Shown in pieces: positions 59,283 to 64,000 of a stretch of DNA of 64,000 nucleotides (the stretch's first letter is position 1; each line of letters starts with the position of its first letter). Location of the stretch: the IMG/VR virus record IMGVR_UViG_3300043436_004687, positions 248,001 through 312,000 of that record; one strand, written 5' to 3'. Position numbers and translations under genes: made by a program. The notes beneath the pieces were generated by a model that worked only from the letters and a program-made list of their open reading frames with translations, made no database searches and was not told the DNA's origin.

Positions 59283-59987
59283 CAAAAAATTAATCCTACC
59301 CTCATACTTGAGAATAGCATTATAATACCCTTATATACCATCGATCCAAATCAATGGACACAAAAGTGTACCTGTAAAAAATAACTAATATCCAAATTTA
59401 AAATGTTAAAATTTTCATAAAATATCCGAAGCAATCAGATTTTTAGATAGATTAAGTTAGATTTAAGATAGTTTTAGATAGATTAGAATATAATCATATT
59501 ATCTTTTATTGTATGTTTATATGGTATATTCTATATCATTTCACTTTGTAATTCAAAGTACTTTATAGTTCAAATTTCTTTGTAGAATTTAGTGGAGTTC
59601 TTATATACGTTACTTTTGCGTATATTTTGTATTATGTTGCTTCTATATTCTATTAGTCTTATGCTTATATTTTATGGTATCTTATCCATAATTTACCACA
59701 TATTACCACTTGATTTTAAAGCGTGAACATGAAATATTTATTAGAATGTATAAAAATATGGGTTAATTATGGGGTTTTACATCAATTTTTGTATAAAATT
59801 GATTATACCAAGAATGGGTATTGCATGAATAAATGTTGTATAGGATATTATACAATTTCTATAATTACATTCTTCACTATCCTTTCCATCGAATATCCAG
59901 TTTACCATTTCTTTTAGAAAGAAGATTGATATAAGGGGTATATAGAAATACCATTTGCTATCTAGGAATGCTTTTTTCATATATGAT

Positions 59988-60669
59988 TTATTTTAGGTTT
60001 TGTTTTATGTATTGGTTGAATTCTATTTCATCTAGGTTACTGGATTTTCTACCTATATGAGAATTAAAATCTAGGAGTAGGTTTATTGCTTCTTTTCTAT
60101 TCCAATTATCTTTTGGGTTTGGAATAGGGAATGATGTAGTTTTTATATTGATAGTATTATCTTTTGGATTTACTTTCAATTGGGTTGGTTCATCTTCATA
60201 GACTTTGAAAAGAACATCTGTTTTTATTTCATATTCTACATATACCTTTGTGATTATGTTCAAAGTAATGTTCAAGGAATTCTTTTGATGGTTTTGGTAA
60301 AGATTTGTAACCGCTTGTATCACATGATTTGCATTGATTGAATCCATCTTTATCGTGTGAGCCTTGTCCATTGCAAGAAATACAAATTGATTTTAGGGAT
60401 TCATCATTTGATGCTATAATCTTTTTATTTAATCTATCTTTTATTGGTATATGATTACCGCTTGCAAGATATTTCATATTTTCTATAAAGCAATCACCTC
60501 TTTGTATTTCATCATTTGTTATGATGGATATGCTTTGTAGTATGAGAGAAGCGTTCCAATCTTCTTTGGTTGCATTTAAATCCTTTACAAACTTTAATTG
60601 GTTTTTATTTGAGTCCAATATAATTTGCTCTTTTATTTCGTGAGCATGATTCCAGTCTTTTAATATCAT
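59988..60669 (-). pseudogene. Gene apparently split by a frameshift near 60250 (listed as the two overlapping ORFs 60229-60717 and 59988-60371)
   Basis: The upstream frame carries IITNDEIQRG...KKIIASNDESL...PKPSKEFLEHY; a protein-like continuation NIITKVYVEYE...LKVNPKDNTINIK...WNRKEA lies in the other frame. Confidence 0.55.
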
Positions 60670-60673
60670 AGTT

Positions 60674-63600
60674 TTAAATTTTTTGACAATAAACGCATTT
60701 TGCGGTTTCTCTACCATACATAGTTTTCATTGAGCAAGTTCCATAATGAGTTCTTAAATCTGAAAACTTAATTTCTGTGTAACCTAATGTAACTAAATGG
60801 TTTTCTAAATCCACTTCATTATTAGCTACCAACCTTAAATCTTCACCAAAATCATTTTCTAAATGTAATACTAATAAATTCATAATTTAATCAATTTAAG
60901 TTTTCCTATAATTCCAGTTGCAATAAATGTAGATGTCTCACCTTTTAAAATTATTGAGCCAACACCATTTGTAAATTTATCGACCAATTCAATATCTTCA
61001 ATTATTCCTTTATAACCTTTGTAAGCATCTGCACCATCACGTCTTGGGCAAGTTAATATTTCAACCTCATCACCCTTTTTAAAATTCGATAAGTGTAATT
61101 TTGATAAAAAATTAAACATAATAGTTTTTTTTATTGATTAATAACATTACAAAGATATAAAATAATATTTACATACGCAAATAAAAAACATATTTTTTTA
61201 AAATGTTTCAAGCCAACGATAAGAAGCTTGTTTAAGAATGTTTATTTGTACCATCAATAGATTAGAAGATACATCCATTTGAGTTAATTTTGCAGTTTCT
61301 CTACATAATTTGCGAACCATTGAATTATCTGGGAAAATACCAGTTTTTTCAGCTTCTTTAATTTCTCGAACACTTAACTTGATTTCATCATCAGATAAAT
61401 CAGCATATAATTTACTTATTTCATTCATTATCTTATTTTTTTGTTGAATTGTACTTCCATTTAATTTTATTAATAAATGATTCATTTTCACATAATTCAT
61501 CAAGATTTGAAAAAAGTTTATTTTGATTTGAATTAATGTAAAAACTTATACCCGAAACCCCTTTATTTTTCGTATAATGTCTTCCATCGCTAAAATAAAC
61601 AACTTCGCCTAAAATTTTATATTCAAATGTTATATCGGGGAAATTTCTGTTTTCTTCTCCTTTTATATCTACTCTAATAAGTCTAGGGTTAGAATATTCA
61701 GTAGCAACTATTCCCATTTTATTGAGACATTCATTTAACTTTATTAAATCATCTGAAATCAATTTTTTTAAGTTATCATTAACAAACCTATTATTTATTT
61801 CAATCTCTTTAATTGCTTTATCAATATCAAATGCTTCTATATCGAACGCTTCTTTAGATAACAATTTAAATGGTTTTTGTTCTGCATTGTTTAAATTGAT
61901 AAACTCATTTTCAAGATTAGCTAAAATTTGAATTTGTGTTGGTGTTAAATTTATGTTTATCATAATCTTATTTTTATTGATTAATAATTTTCTTCTACAA
62001 AGATATAAAATAATATATTATAAACCTAATTATTTTTGATTTAATTTTTCAATTAATTTCTCAATTGAAATTGGTTCTTTATAATACCTTAAATTTTTCA
62101 TTGATTTAAGACGCTCTGTTACCCTTTCCCTAACAATTTGAATATCTTGTTGGGTTGGTGTATAATCATTCATTAAATGACTTGGAATGTCGTTGAAAGC
62201 ATCTGAATAGTCAGTTGGATTGAAACCTCGTTTGATACATTCTTGTGTTAATGCTTCGTAGTGTTTTTTTAAAAAACCGCATTTATTCATCAAAGAAAGT
62301 TCATGCCCCTTATTGAGTGTGAATTTATCAATTGGTTTACTTTTGTATTTCCCCGATTTTATTTTGTTTGGGATTCTTAATACCTCAATTCTTTCTCTGT
62401 TAAGATGTTTATCACATAATTCATGTGAAAACCCTACTGAAACTCTAGTCATATCTTAAAGTGATATGAATTTAACCGCATCGGGTTGTAAAGAAAATTC
62501 TTTTAAAATATAAGTTTCTATCTCAAGTTTTGTGAAATTTGGAACATCATCACCCTTATAAAGATAAGTATTTATAACGTTATTTGGTTCATTGTTTTCT
62601 ATTCTATATACAAATAAACTTCTAGTGTTTTCTTCACCCAATATTGGTTTTAAAACGTAATATAATTTTAACATATCTTTATGTTTTAATGATTAATAAT
62701 TTTCTTCTACAAAGATATAAAATAATATTTTAATATGCAAATAAAAAAGACATTTTTTTTAATATTTTATTTAGGAGTCATTTCAACCTTATTTCTATCC
62801 CCCAAATTAAATTTGGTGACTGGAAAGAGCGTCTTTTAAATAAAATATTAGTCTAATAATTTTTTCACTAATTCATAAGATAATGAAAAACTTTTAGGTG
62901 TTACATCAAATCGTCCATTTAATTTTAAAATATGAATAGTATCATAAGTCATATCACATACTGCAATTTCTTCAGTATGTTTACCCTCTTTGAAATCCAC
63001 TTGTAATTGCCTTACTTCATATTCATTCAAAATATATTCACCAACTTTAAATTTAGGAACTGGAATTCTCGTGATATTCATATCTTTATATTTTTTTAAA
63101 TGTTTCACATTCTTTTGCTATAACAAATGCTTTAAAATCGGAACCCCATCCACTTTTAGGTTGGGTTTTCAAAGCATTTATAAATTCTGTATTATGAAAT
63201 CCCAAAGGGATACAATTACCTTTATATACTGCATTTAAGTTATCACTATATTTACCCTCTGAATTACCACAATCACATTTTTTTATGATGTTGGGTGATA
63301 ATGAGAAAACAGATAAACAATCATTACAAAATAATAGTTTCATTAGAAATCGTAAGTTACTACTTGAACATCACTTAATGTTATTTCAAGATTATTAACA
63401 AAGTAAATTTTTTTACCGCTTGATTTAAAAAACGCTTCTTTAAACTCATTTAAAGCTATTAATTTAATCTCCAAAGTTTCATTATCAGTTTGATGTCTAA
63501 ACCATTCCATAAAAGGAGTTGCATACATTTTTATCATATTAATATGTTTTAAACGTTATACAATAATCAATAGCTTCTTGTTCATCGTCAGTAAACAATA

Positions 63601-63926
63601 TTTCTTCATACCACAATTCACCATTAGCCGAATGAGTGTTATTTTCGGTATTCATAGTCCAAAATCTTTGTTCGGTTTCTATGTTCTCTAATACTACAAA
63701 TTTTTTCATTATAAAGAAATAGTTTAGTTAAATATTTAATATCATCAATTTTTCTTTTATTGTCATTTTCATCAACAATATTATCAAGTTGGTAATGTTT
63801 TGCACTTCTTATTGCATCAGCAGTTAATAAGATAAATGCTTGTATGAAACCATTACAATTAACTTCTAATGTATAAGTATGTCCATTAGAAGCTACAAAT
63901 GTTCCAATATATTTAGTTAATTTCAT
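60674..63926 (-). other. Further short hypothetical early genes around denV
   Basis: Co-oriented ORFs under TATCTTTG promoters at 61150, 61998 and 62710, and TACATTTG at 63954. Confidence 0.65.
62030..62452 (-). CDS. denV: Pyrimidine-dimer DNA glycosylase (T4 endonuclease V)
   Basis: MTRVSVG..ELCDKHLNRE.EVLRIPN...KFTLNKGH...ECIKRGF. Confidence 0.9.
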   Translation of the reverse strand: MTRVSVGFSHELCDKHLNRERIEVLRIPNKIKSGKYKSKPIDKFTLNKGHELSLMNKCGFLKKHYEALTQECIKRGFNPTDYSDAFNDIPSHLMNDYTPTQQDIQIVRERVTERLKSMKNLRYYKEPISIEKLIEKLNQK

Positions 63927-64000
63927 AATACCATTGTTTTAATTATTATGATACAAATGTATAAAAAAAATAATTAATAAAAAAGTTGTTTATTAATTAT

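Larger units (their letters stand above)
47956..62717 (-). promoter_or_regulatory. Array of 21 Bacteroidota sigma70-type early promoters (TTTG/TTAG ~20 nt upstream of TATCTTTG), each driving one or a few short genes
   Basis: -7 boxes at 47971, 48320, 49421, 49880, 50751, 51832, 52215, 52501, 53110, 53796, 54097, 54727, 55134, 55491, 56394, 56967, 57396, 57959, 61150, 61998 and 62710. I counted 11 exact copies of the 23-mer TATCTTTGTAGTGTATTAATCAA by eye. Confidence 0.9.

Overview
Very AT-rich (roughly 25% GC by eye), gene-dense segment that most likely comes from a large (jumbo-type) lytic phage of a Bacteroidota host. Supporting evidence: dozens of short co-oriented hypothetical ORFs, phage-type auxiliary genes (ClpB, thioredoxin, Pth2, RNA ligase, DenV, nucleotidyltransferases, HNH endonucleases), many Bacteroidota-type TAnnTTTG promoters and no obvious Shine-Dalgarno motifs. 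1-46 kb is a minus-strand accessory region with an intact IS1341-like tnpB element, an RNA/translation-repair gene set and a 9-member paralogue family. 46.3-64 kb is an early-type region built from repeated promoter-gene-terminator cassettes (21 TATCTTTG promoters). The strongest novel signals are non-coding and lie in this cassette region. (i) Seven dispersed 60-80 nt small RNA-like units, each behind a Bacteroidota-type promoter and most ending in a U-tract, share a GTRGACTCC core and show compensatory stem changes. (ii) A separate ~355 nt ORF-free, extensively base-paired RNA candidate (51012-51368, minus) has its own promoter and terminator. Two sharp strand-composition switches (~46.3 kb and ~59.44 kb) share an inverted 11-mer and may be replication origins. 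No tRNA, rRNA or CRISPR array was seen. All calls come from reading the sequence by eye; no searches or folding programs were run.
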